64,000 nt of DNA from Alphaproteobacteria bacterium (GTDB lineage: Bacteria > Pseudomonadota > Alphaproteobacteria > MPNO01): NCBI GenBank assembly GCA_965248835.1, contig CBDFLJ010000001.1, positions 1,408,001 to 1,472,000 on the forward strand, in the 5' to 3' direction. Under the pieces are notes generated by a model, which worked only from the letters and a program-made list of their open reading frames with translations, did not search any database and was not told the DNA's origin. The translations under genes were made by a program, and so were the position numbers. This document shows positions 30,753 through 39,573 of the stretch, piece by piece. Numbering within the stretch: position 1 is the first letter of the stretch; every line of letters starts with the position of its first letter.

Positions 30753-31925
30753 TCAGCCCGGCGCCAGACAGGTCTCCACCAGCCGGGCCCAGTAGCTCGC
30801 GCCGATCGGCAGGATCTCGTCGTTGAAGTCGTAATTGGGATTGTGCAGCAGGCAGCCGCCGTCGCCCGGCCCGTTGCCCAGCCAGACATAGGTGCCGGGC
30901 TTCTCGTTGAGCATGAAGGCGAAGTCCTCCGAGGCGAGCTTGGGGTTGAGGTCGGCGTGCACATTGCCCGCGCCGACGACCTCGGCCGCGGCGGTTGCTG
31001 CGATCTCGGATTCCTTCACCGCGTTGACCGTCGGCGGGTAGCGCTTCTCGTAACGGACGGCGGCGTCCAGCCCGTGGGTCGCGGCCACCCCGGCGACGAT
31101 GCGCCGCAGCGCGGCCTCGGCCCGGTCCTGGACCTCGGGGCGGAACGAACGGATCGTGCCGCGCAGCGTCACGTCCTCGGGGATCACGTTCCAGGTGTCG
31201 CCGCCGTGGATCTGGGTGATGGTCAGGATCACCGCTTCCTGTGCATCGATGTTGCGGCTGGCCACGGTCTGAAGCGCGGTGACCATCTCGGCCGCGGCGA
31301 CGATCGCATCGGTTCCCTGGTGCGGCGCCGCCGCGTGGGTCCCGTGCCCGGTGACCGCGATCTCGAAGATGTCGAAGGCCGCCATCATCGGCCCCGGCCG
31401 CACCGCCATCTCGCCGACGCCGAGCCAGGGCATGTTGTGCATGCCGAAGACCTGCTGCATCGGGAAGGTCTCGAACAGGCCGTCCTCGATCATCACCCGC
31501 GCGCCGCCCTCGTTCTCCTCGGCGGGCTGGAAGATGAAATGCACCGTGCCCGCGAAGTTGCGCGTCTCGGCGAGGTACCGCGCCGCCCCCAGCAGCATCG
31601 TCGTGTGCCCGTCATGGCCGCAGGCATGCATCTTGCCCTGGTTCCGCGAGCGGTGCGCGAAGTCGTTCTTCTCCTCGATATGCAACGCATCCAGATCGGC
31701 GCGCAGCCCGATTGTCTTGCCCGCGCCGCGGCTGCCCTCCAGCGTGCCCACCACGCCGGTCCCGGCAAGCCCGCGATGGGTTGCGATCCCGAGCTCGGCC
31801 AGCCGGTCGGCGACGAACTGCGCGGTCTCGTGCTCTTCGAAGGCGGTCTCCGGGTGCGTGTGCAGGTGCCGCCGCCAAGCGGTCATTTCGTCGTGGAACT
31901 CCGCGATTCGATTGATGACCGGCAT
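30753..31925 (-). CDS. M20 aminoacylase family amidohydrolase (hippurate hydrolase-like)
   Basis: WRRHLH.HPE, LRADLDAL, MHACGHDGH, FQPAEE, SEDFA and LHNPNYDFND. Confidence 0.93.
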   Translation of the reverse strand: MPVINRIAEFHDEMTAWRRHLHTHPETAFEEHETAQFVADRLAELGIATHRGLAGTGVVGTLEGSRGAGKTIGLRADLDALHIEEKNDFAHRSRNQGKMHACGHDGHTTMLLGAARYLAETRNFAGTVHFIFQPAEENEGGARVMIEDGLFETFPMQQVFGMHNMPWLGVGEMAVRPGPMMAAFDIFEIAVTGHGTHAAAPHQGTDAIVAAAEMVTALQTVASRNIDAQEAVILTITQIHGGDTWNVIPEDVTLRGTIRSFRPEVQDRAEAALRRIVAGVAATHGLDAAVRYEKRYPPTVNAVKESEIAATAAAEVVGAGNVHADLNPKLASEDFAFMLNEKPGTYVWLGNGPGDGGCLLHNPNYDFNDEILPIGASYWARLVETCLAPG

Positions 31926-32086
31926 GCAGGGGGCCTCCGTGGTCCGGCCGGGATGGTCACCGGCCGACCAGGCGGTGTCAAGGCCGGGCGATGTCTGATA
32001 TCCGTCCGAGCCAGGTCGGCGACGGCGGTTGATCGCCGAGGCTGTGGGCGCTATCACCGGGGCTAGACCGAACGGGAGGCGAGACG

Positions 32087-33133
32087 ATGAACCAGGGACC
32101 GCGCGGGCCGGCGGCCCGGTCTTCCGGCGCCGGCCGGCCGCCGATCGGGCCGCGCTATCAGCCGCGCCCGCTGCTTAAGCCCTCCGACGGGTTCGGCCGC
32201 GGCGCGGCCGCGATCACCGGCGGACGCAAGGACATCCTGTGCGCCATCGGCATCGATGTCGATGCGGTGGCCGGCTGGCTCGGCTCCTATGGCGGGGAGA
32301 ACTCGCCGTGCGACATCTCGCGCGGGATGTTCTCCGGCGAGGTCGGCACGCCGCGCCTGGTCAGGCTGTTCGACCGGCTTGGCCTGCGCACCACCTGGTT
32401 CATCCCCGGCCATTCGATCGAGACCTTCCCCGTGCAATGCCGCATGGTGGTCGATGCCGGCCATGAGATCGGCATGCACGGCTACAGCCACGAGAACCCG
32501 ATCGCCATGACGCCGGAGCAGGAAGAGGCGGTCATGGACAAGTGCATCGCGCTGATCGAGCGGCTGTGCGGGCGCCGGCCGACCGGCTATGTCGCGCCGT
32601 GGTGGGAGTTCAGCCCGGTCACCAACGAGCTCCTGCTCAAGAAAGGCATCAAGTACGACCACAGCCTGATGAACGACGACTTCCACCCGTTCTACGTCCG
32701 GGTCGGCGATAGCTGGACGCTCATCGACTACGCGCAGCACCCCGATGCGTGGATGAAGCCGTTGGTACGCGGCGAAGAGACCGACCTGATCGACATCCCC
32801 GGCAACTGGTACCTCGACGACCTGCCGCCGATGATGTTCATCAAGTCGGCACCCAATAGCTTCGGTTTCATCAACCCGCGCGACATCGAGGAGCTCTGGC
32901 GCGACCAGTTCGACTGGGTCTACCGCGAGTACGACTACGCGGTGTTCACGATCACCATACACCCCGACGTCTCGGGCCGGCCGCAGGTGCTCGCCATGCT
33001 GGAGCGGGTCTATGAGCACATCGCGGGGCACACCGGCGTGCGGTTCTGCACCTTCGATGAGATCGCCGAGGATTTCCGCGTACGCTACCCGCGCGACCAG
33101 GCCGCCCGGCCGCATTCCGAGACCGCCGCATAG
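32087..33133 (+). CDS. Polysaccharide deacetylase family protein, HP0310/PuuE-like
   Basis: [50 protein letters not shown] and [11 protein letters not shown]. Start uncertain; there is a basic ~45-aa N-terminal extension. Confidence 0.9.
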   Translation: MNQGPRGPAARSSGAGRPPIGPRYQPRPLLKPSDGFGRGAAAITGGRKDILCAIGIDVDAVAGWLGSYGGENSPCDISRGMFSGEVGTPRLVRLFDRLGLRTTWFIPGHSIETFPVQCRMVVDAGHEIGMHGYSHENPIAMTPEQEEAVMDKCIALIERLCGRRPTGYVAPWWEFSPVTNELLLKKGIKYDHSLMNDDFHPFYVRVGDSWTLIDYAQHPDAWMKPLVRGEETDLIDIPGNWYLDDLPPMMFIKSAPNSFGFINPRDIEELWRDQFDWVYREYDYAVFTITIHPDVSGRPQVLAMLERVYEHIAGHTGVRFCTFDEIAEDFRVRYPRDQAARPHSETAA

Positions 33134-33147
33134 CGGCGGCAGCGGCG

Positions 33148-33480
33148 ATGTGCAGCCTCTGCGGGGTCCTCGGCGGGCGGATCCATTGGAGCGAGGCCGC
33201 CAGCGCGCCCGAGGCCTTCGTCAGCCGGAAGGACCCGGTGACCCGACGGCGCGAGCGCCAGAACCGGACCCGTATCGCCAACGCGGTCCTCGAAGAGTAC
33301 GGCCTGGTGCTGTCCGAATGGGCGGGACCGTCCTACGTGCTTGCCAGCCGCACCGGCAGGACCACGCTGGTCGACAATTTGACCGAGCTGTGGGCCGCGG
33401 CGGAAAAGCTCGCCCGCCGGCCGTGCGATCCGCTCGATGATCGCCTGATTGCCGCTCTGGAGCGCCGCGGCGGTGGCTGA
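33148..33480 (+). CDS. Small hypothetical protein with N-terminal MCxxCG motif
   Basis: MCSLCGVLGG..HW, RRRER..R, W.G..Y.L.S.TG.T.LV..L..LW.AAE.L..RPCDPLD. Coupled to the cobW-like gene. Confidence 0.75.
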   Translation: MCSLCGVLGGRIHWSEAASAPEAFVSRKDPVTRRRERQNRTRIANAVLEEYGLVLSEWAGPSYVLASRTGRTTLVDNLTELWAAAEKLARRPCDPLDDRLIAALERRGGG

Positions 33481-34486
33481 GCCGGCGGTGCCGATCCCGG
33501 TCAACGTGCTGACCGGCTTCCTCGGCAGCGGCAAGACGACGCTGCTGCGGCGCATGCTGGCCGCTCCGGGCATGGGCGAGACCGCGGTGCTAATCAACGA
33601 GTTCGGCGAGGTCGGTCTCGACCATCACCTGATCGAGCACGCGACCGAGAGCACGCTGGTGCTGGAGAACGGCTGCGTGTGCTGCGCCATGCGCGGTGAT
33701 CTGCAGGCCGCCCTGCGCGACCTGCTGTCGCGCCGCGACCGCGGCCAGGTGCCGTATTTCCGGAAGGTCGTCATCGAGACCTCGGGCCTCGCCGATCCGG
33801 TGCCGATCATCTACACCGTGACCGCCGAGCCGGTCATCCGGCACCATTTCCGTATCGGCTCGGTTCTGACGGTCGTCGATGCGGTGAACGGGGCGGCACA
33901 GCTCGACCGGTTCCCGGAATCGGTCAAGCAAGTCGCGGTCGCCGACCGCATCCTTGTCACCAAAACCGACCTTGCGGGCCAAGAGCGGGGGCCGTCCTTG
34001 CGGGCGGTGCTGGGCCGGATCAATTCGGCCTGCGAGATCATCGATTGCACCGAGGTGTTGCCGGCAATCGAGGATCTGCTGGCCGATGGGGCGGCGGTGC
34101 GAGAGTGGGTGAACGGGGCGGCGGCGGCCGATCACGCCCATGCAAGCGGGGTCAGCTCATTCACGATGTGGTTCGACGGCGCGCTCGATTGGACGGCCTT
34201 CGGCATCTGGCTCACCATGCTGCTCAACCGCCACGGCGAGGCGGTGCTCCGCGTCAAGGGCATGCTCAACGTGGCGGGGGTGGCCGATCCCGTGCTGATC
34301 AACGGCGTCCAGCACCTTGTGCACCCGCCGGCCCACCTTGCAAGCTGGCCGGACGAAGACCGGCGCTCGCGGATCGTCTTCATCGTCCGCGATATCGACG
34401 AGGCGCGGATCAGACGATCGCTGGAAGCGTTCAACGCGCTGGCCGCCCGGCGGCCGGGCGATCGGGCTGCTATGCCGGAGGGTTAG
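33473..34486 (+). CDS. COG0523 (CobW/ZigA-like) metallochaperone GTPase
   Basis: TGFLGSGKTT, NEFGEVGLD, GCVCC, IETSGLADP, TKTD and CobW_C (LRVKG, GVQH, SRIVFI). Confidence 0.93.
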   Translation: MAEPAVPIPVNVLTGFLGSGKTTLLRRMLAAPGMGETAVLINEFGEVGLDHHLIEHATESTLVLENGCVCCAMRGDLQAALRDLLSRRDRGQVPYFRKVVIETSGLADPVPIIYTVTAEPVIRHHFRIGSVLTVVDAVNGAAQLDRFPESVKQVAVADRILVTKTDLAGQERGPSLRAVLGRINSACEIIDCTEVLPAIEDLLADGAAVREWVNGAAAADHAHASGVSSFTMWFDGALDWTAFGIWLTMLLNRHGEAVLRVKGMLNVAGVADPVLINGVQHLVHPPAHLASWPDEDRRSRIVFIVRDIDEARIRRSLEAFNALAARRPGDRAAMPEG

Positions 34487-35003
34487 CCCGCCCGCCGTTG
34501 TCCCGCAGGCGGCCGTGGCTCGGGCGCCAGCCGGTGCGGAAGGCGCCTACCAATCGATGCAGCAAATAGAACGCGATCGCCAGTAGAATCAGGACGATGA
34601 TCTTCAGGACCAGCCCGCCGAAGATCGGGTCCAGCGTGGCGCCCCGGCTGATCAGGTGCTCGATCAGCATCACCAGCGCCTGCAGGGTCGCGCCGGCGCA
34701 GACGATCACCGCGATCAGGATGGCGATCTGCAGCGTATCGAAGACCAGGCCCTCGGCCCCGAGATCGCCGGTCGCGCGGACGATGTTGTGGCGAAGCGAC
34801 TGCCAGTGGGCGATCACATAGCCGATCAGCCCGACCACGGCAGCGAACCAGAACACGATGTTGGAGGCCCGGACGTCGTCGACGCCGCCGGCGATGAAGG
34901 CCTCAAACGGCTGGTAGAAATAGAGGAACACCAGCACCACCACCAGCCCGGCGGGGACGATCCACAAAAACGGTCTTCTGGGTGAATCGGTGTCGGTGCT
35001 CAT
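34470..35003 (-). CDS. Hypothetical ~4-TM membrane protein (paralog of 47967..48428)
   Basis: Four hydrophobic segments. Motifs FLYFYQPF, FW, HW and AGATLQA are shared with the 47967 ORF. Confidence 0.7.
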   Translation of the reverse strand: MSTDTDSPRRPFLWIVPAGLVVVLVFLYFYQPFEAFIAGGVDDVRASNIVFWFAAVVGLIGYVIAHWQSLRHNIVRATGDLGAEGLVFDTLQIAILIAVIVCAGATLQALVMLIEHLISRGATLDPIFGGLVLKIIVLILLAIAFYLLHRLVGAFRTGWRPSHGRLRDNGGRANPPA

Positions 35004-35080
35004 TGCCCGGCCGGGTCGTCGCCTCGATGACGTCAGCCTATACCAACGCACCCCGCCGCGTCGACCGGCGGACTCCGTTG

Positions 35081-35099
35081 ACCACCTGTGACAGGTGGT
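35081..35099. promoter_or_regulatory. Perfect palindrome, candidate operator
   Basis: ACCACCTGT-G-ACAGGTGGT in a divergent intergenic region, overlapping TTGACC at 35078. Confidence 0.6.
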
Positions 35100-35163
35100 A
35101 GATCATTGAAAGCGAGGCGAAGAACCGGTGATCGGGCCGAAAACGGCGTCTTTGGAACGGGTC

Positions 35164-37221
35164 ATGACAGCGCGTCTTGGTATCGATGTCGGCGGCACTT
35201 TCACCGATCTGTTGCTGTTCGACGACGATTCGGGCGCGATGCACTTCCTCAAGACGCCGTCCACGCCGCACGATCAGTCGATCGGCATCCTGACCGGAAT
35301 CGAGAAGATCCTCGCGGAGTCCGGCATGGCGCCGGCGGACATCCGCGGGCTGCTCCACGGCACCACGGTCTCGACCAATATCGTCCTGGAAGAAAAGGGC
35401 GCGAAGGTCGGCCTGCTGGTGACCGAGAACTTCGAACAGGTCCTCCACCTCGCCCGGTCGCAGACGCCGGGACCGCTTGCGGGCTGGATCACCATGATCA
35501 AGCCCGAGCCGCTGGCCGATCTGGCGCTGACCCGCGGCATCGCCGAGCGGATCAACGCCCGCGGCCAGGTTCTCAAGCCGCTGGAGGAGGAAAGCGCCCG
35601 CGCGGCGGTCCGCGAATTGATCGATCAGGGCGTGGAATCGATCACCATCTCGCTGTTGCACTCCTACGCCAATCCGAGCCACGAGCAGCGCCTGAAAGCG
35701 ATTGCGGAGAGCTTCGACGCGGGACTCCCGCTGTCGCTGTCCTCGGAGATCCTGCCCGAGTTCCGCGAGTACGAGCGCACATTGGTCACGGTCATGAACG
35801 CCTATGTCGGACCCAGCATGCGGAACTATCTGCGGCAGTTCGAAGACAAGCTGCGCGGCATCGCGTTCTCGCCCAAGGTCAACATCGTGCGCTCCGACGG
35901 CGGGCTGATGAGCGTTGCCCGCGCCTCGGAATCGCCGGTGCACACGATGCTGTCCGGGCCGGCGGGCGGAGTCTCCGGAGCTGCGTTCGTCTCGACGATC
36001 GCCGGCCAGACCGATGCGCTGGGCTTCGACATGGGCGGCACGTCGACCGACGTCTCGCTGATCCAGAACGGCCGGCCGACGATCTCGCGCCAGACCACGC
36101 TCGGCTACTATCCGGTCAAGGTGCCCTCGGTCGAGGTCCACAGCGTCGGCGCCGGCGGCGGCTCGATCGCCCATGTGCCGATGACCGGCGCGCTGCGCGT
36201 CGGGCCGGAGAGCGCCGGCGCGGTGCCGGGTCCGGCCTGCTATGGGCGCGGCGGCACCGAGCCCACGGTGACCGATGCCAACGTCGTCCTCGGACGGCTG
36301 CCGCCGATGCTGCTGGGCGGGGAGATGAGACTCGACGTCAACGCCGCCGAGGAGGCGGTCACCAAGGTCGCCCGCGCTCTCGGGCTCGATCCGCTGCAGG
36401 CGGCCCAGGGCATCCTCGACATCGTCAACGAGAACATGTTCGGCGCCCTTCGCCTGGTCACCGTGCAGAAGGGTTTCGACCCGCGCGATTTTGCGCTGGT
36501 CGCCTTCGGCGGGGCGGGTCCGCTGCACGGCAACGCGATCGCCATGCTGGCCGGGTGCTATCCGGTCATTGTGCCGGCCACGCCCGGCGTGCTGTCCGCG
36601 TTGGGCTTTCTGTATTCCGACGTGAAGAACGAGTTCGCCCAGACCTTCATCCGCAACATCGTCGATGCGCAACCCGGCGAGGTCGCCGAGGTGCTCGGCC
36701 GTCTCGGCGGCGAGGCGCGCGGATGGCTGGCCGAGGAGGGTGTGCCGCCGGACGGCCAGGACGTCCATTTCGAGGTCGACGTCCGGTATTTCCGCCAGGG
36801 CTACGAGGTCTCGCTCGAGGTCGCGCCCGACGGGCTCGGCGCCGAGGCGCTGGCCGACATCGGCCGCCGGTTCGGCGCCGTGCACGAGCGGCTCTACGGG
36901 TTCAAGCTGGAGACGCTGGTCGAGCTGGTCAATCTGCGCGCGGTCGGCGTCGGCCGCGTGCCGAAGGTCGATATCCCGCGCTTCGAACACGAGGGCGAGG
37001 ACGCATCGGCCGCCGTCGTCGACCAGCACCGGGTCTATATCGACAACGGCTTCGTCGCGTCGAAGATCTACGACCGCATCCTGCTCCGAGCGGGCAACGT
37101 CATCGCCGGCCCGGCCGTGGTCCAGCAGAAGGATTCAACGACGTTGATCCACCCCGGCCATGTCGGCGTAGTCGATGCGTTTCTGAACATCGTCATTCGT
37201 CCCGAGGCGATGAATGCGTAG
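35164..37221 (+). CDS. Hydantoinase A / 5-oxoprolinase ATP-binding subunit
   Basis: GIDVGGTFTD, HGTT, EFREYER, LSGPAGG, DMGGTSTDV, GAGGGSIA, GPESAGA.PGPACY and FGGAGPLH. Confidence 0.94.
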   Translation: MTARLGIDVGGTFTDLLLFDDDSGAMHFLKTPSTPHDQSIGILTGIEKILAESGMAPADIRGLLHGTTVSTNIVLEEKGAKVGLLVTENFEQVLHLARSQTPGPLAGWITMIKPEPLADLALTRGIAERINARGQVLKPLEEESARAAVRELIDQGVESITISLLHSYANPSHEQRLKAIAESFDAGLPLSLSSEILPEFREYERTLVTVMNAYVGPSMRNYLRQFEDKLRGIAFSPKVNIVRSDGGLMSVARASESPVHTMLSGPAGGVSGAAFVSTIAGQTDALGFDMGGTSTDVSLIQNGRPTISRQTTLGYYPVKVPSVEVHSVGAGGGSIAHVPMTGALRVGPESAGAVPGPACYGRGGTEPTVTDANVVLGRLPPMLLGGEMRLDVNAAEEAVTKVARALGLDPLQAAQGILDIVNENMFGALRLVTVQKGFDPRDFALVAFGGAGPLHGNAIAMLAGCYPVIVPATPGVLSALGFLYSDVKNEFAQTFIRNIVDAQPGEVAEVLGRLGGEARGWLAEEGVPPDGQDVHFEVDVRYFRQGYEVSLEVAPDGLGAEALADIGRRFGAVHERLYGFKLETLVELVNLRAVGVGRVPKVDIPRFEHEGEDASAAVVDQHRVYIDNGFVASKIYDRILLRAGNVIAGPAVVQQKDSTTLIHPGHVGVVDAFLNIVIRPEAMNA

Positions 37222-37241
37222 ATCAAGGAGATCCTTCCGCG

Positions 37242-39542
37242 ATGACTGAGACATGGCGCACCGCCGGGTCGGTTTCGTTCGACGAGCTGTTGAAGGCCAA
37301 CAAGAAACAGTTCGATGAGGTCTTCTCGGTCCAGATGAAGGCGTTCGGGCTGCGCGAAGCTTCCGGCCTGCCGCCGACCGCGGACGCCCTCGGCTCGGCG
37401 AGCCTGGAGGCGAGCAACGGCGCGCCGAACGGCGAGGCGACGGCCAGGCTCAATGCCCGTTTCGGGACGGGCTGGTCGAGCGAGATCGTCGAACACAGCA
37501 TCGACCAGGGCAAGGTCAGCGTGTTGTGCAAGCTCGTGGTCGAGGGTACGACCAGGATGCAGTTCGGCTCGGCCCGGGTGAACGGCGATGCGGGCGCTGC
37601 GCTGCAGCGCGCGACCGAAGAAGCCCTCGAAAAATGCGCCGCTCAGTTCGACGCCGTCCTATCGGCTCTCGAAGGCGAAGACCGCGCGCCGGTGCCGGCC
37701 GAGCCCGCCGAGCCCGCCGCGGCCGCCTCACCGGCGCCGGCGGCAGCGCGGCGCGGCACGGGATCGCGGCTGGATACGATCACGCTGGATCTGATCGAGA
37801 ACGCGCTGCGCAACGCGCGCCACGAGATGGATGCGGTGCTGTTCCGCTCCGCCATGTCGCCGGTCATCCGCGAGCAGCATGACGAGTTCCCGATGCTGAC
37901 CGACGCCAAGGGGCGGATGATCGTCGGCCAGTTCGGCTCCTACGTCCCGGAGATGCTGAAGGAACAGAGCTTCGACCTCTTTCCGGGCGACGTGATCCTG
38001 CAAAGCGATCCGTACAAATGCGGCGGCGCGATCAGCCACATCAACGACTGGATGGTCCTGGTCCCGATCTTCTTCGACGGTGATCTGGTCGGATTCAGCT
38101 CCATGTTCGGCCACATGATGGATGTCGGCGGCCCGGTGCCGGGCAGCATGCCGACCGCCGCGACCTCGATCTTCGGCGAGGGGCTCAGGATTCCGCCGAT
38201 CAAGATCTACGAGCGCGGCGAGGTGAACAAATCCGCGATCGATCTGATCATGAACAACACCCGCACGCCGGAGATGAACTACTCCGACCTGATGGCGATC
38301 GTCGCCGGCTGCCGTGCCGGCGAGCGCCGGGTGGTCGAGATGTGCGAACGCTTCGGCCAGGAGGTCTACAAGCAGGCCTGCGAGGCGTTGCTCGAGCGCA
38401 CCAACCGGGCGATGCGCCAACTCATCGTCCGCAACCTGCCCGAGGAGCCTCAGTCGTTCGAGGACTATGTCGACGACGATGGGCTCGGCAACGGGCCCTT
38501 CAGGATGAAGCTCACCGTCTGGCGTGAAGGGGAGCATGCCTATTTCGACTGGACCGGCACCTCGGCGCAGGCGCCGGGCCCGATCAACTTCTACCTCCAT
38601 GACGGCATGTTCAAGATGTTCATCGGCGTCTACATGATCATGGTCTTCGACCCCCAGATCCTGTTCAACGACGGGTTCTATGACCTGATCCACGTCACGA
38701 TTCCGGACGGCTCGCTGCTGCATCCGAAGTTCCCGGCGGCGCTGGGCTGCCGCACCCACGCTCTGTCGCGCCAGTTCGACGTCCTGGGCGGGGCGCTTTC
38801 GAAGAACGCGCCGGAGATGGCGACCGCGGCCGGCTACGGCTCCAGCCCGCATTTCCTCTATTCCGGGCGCGACGCCAAGGGACGGGACTTCCAGCTCATG
38901 GAGATCCTCTATGGCGGCATCCCGGGGCGCCCGATCGGCGACGGTATGGACGGCCATTCGTGGTGGCCGCTGTTCGAGAACATCCCCAGCGAGTATCTCG
39001 AGAGCTACTACCCGATGGTGATCGAATCCTATGCCAGCGTTCCCGACTCGGGCGGGGCCGGGCTGCACCGCGGCGGCAATGGCATCGAGAAGGTCTATCT
39101 GCTTCTGGAAGGCGGCGAGATTTCCATCCACGACGACCGCCATTTGACCCAGCCGTGGGGGATCCTGGGCGGCAAGCCGGGCGCGTGCTCGCAGAAATGG
39201 CTGGTCCGGGCCGACGGCACGCGCGAGCCGCTGCCATCGAAGATCGACAACGTGCGGGTGCAGGGCGGCGACCGCATCGTGTTCCGCACCGCCGGCGGCG
39301 GAGGTTGGGGCGACCCGCTGGACCGCGCGCCCGAGAAGATCGCTACCGACGTGCGGCGCAAGCTGCTTACGCGCGAGGCGGCGCGCGAGCGCTACGGCGT
39401 GGTCCTGGGCGAGCGGGGCACGTCCGATATCAAGGCGACCGAGGCGTTGCGCGCAAGCCTGCGCTCCAGCCGCCGGCCGCCGGAGACGTTCGACTTCGGC
39501 GACCGCCCCGAAGGAATCGCGAACGGGGTGATCACCGTTTGA
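37242..39542 (+). CDS. Hydantoinase B / oxoprolinase subunit with a ~175-aa N-terminal extension (Rad52/22-like domain + Pro/Ala linker)
   Basis: AAGGAG RBS. Core motifs SPVIREQHD, DPY..GG.SHIND, GHMMDVGG.VPGS, EGLRIPP, DSGGAG.HRGG and GGGGWGDPL. The core begins at about residue 177. Confidence 0.92.
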   Translation: MTETWRTAGSVSFDELLKANKKQFDEVFSVQMKAFGLREASGLPPTADALGSASLEASNGAPNGEATARLNARFGTGWSSEIVEHSIDQGKVSVLCKLVVEGTTRMQFGSARVNGDAGAALQRATEEALEKCAAQFDAVLSALEGEDRAPVPAEPAEPAAAASPAPAAARRGTGSRLDTITLDLIENALRNARHEMDAVLFRSAMSPVIREQHDEFPMLTDAKGRMIVGQFGSYVPEMLKEQSFDLFPGDVILQSDPYKCGGAISHINDWMVLVPIFFDGDLVGFSSMFGHMMDVGGPVPGSMPTAATSIFGEGLRIPPIKIYERGEVNKSAIDLIMNNTRTPEMNYSDLMAIVAGCRAGERRVVEMCERFGQEVYKQACEALLERTNRAMRQLIVRNLPEEPQSFEDYVDDDGLGNGPFRMKLTVWREGEHAYFDWTGTSAQAPGPINFYLHDGMFKMFIGVYMIMVFDPQILFNDGFYDLIHVTIPDGSLLHPKFPAALGCRTHALSRQFDVLGGALSKNAPEMATAAGYGSSPHFLYSGRDAKGRDFQLMEILYGGIPGRPIGDGMDGHSWWPLFENIPSEYLESYYPMVIESYASVPDSGGAGLHRGGNGIEKVYLLLEGGEISIHDDRHLTQPWGILGGKPGACSQKWLVRADGTREPLPSKIDNVRVQGGDRIVFRTAGGGGWGDPLDRAPEKIATDVRRKLLTREAARERYGVVLGERGTSDIKATEALRASLRSSRRPPETFDFGDRPEGIANGVITV

Positions 39543-39573
39543 GGGCGCGCCTGAGCAGGGAGCTGGGAAGACC

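Noticed and set aside
35078-35102. RutR box (TTGACCA-nn-TGGTCAA)
   Set aside because: The half-sites resemble it (TTGACCA, TGGTAGA) but are 11 bp apart rather than 2. Kept only as an unassigned palindrome.
35088-37241. 1484-aa ORF suggesting a giant hydantoinase B or an A-B fusion
   Set aside because: The first ~718 aa are an Arg/Gly-rich off-frame reading of hydantoinase A. The real start is the ATG at 37242 after AAGGAG, and hydantoinase A has its own stop at 37221.
37434-37652. Prophage recombinase (Sak) remnant
   Set aside because: The segment is in frame within an intact metabolic gene, and there are no phage genes nearby.
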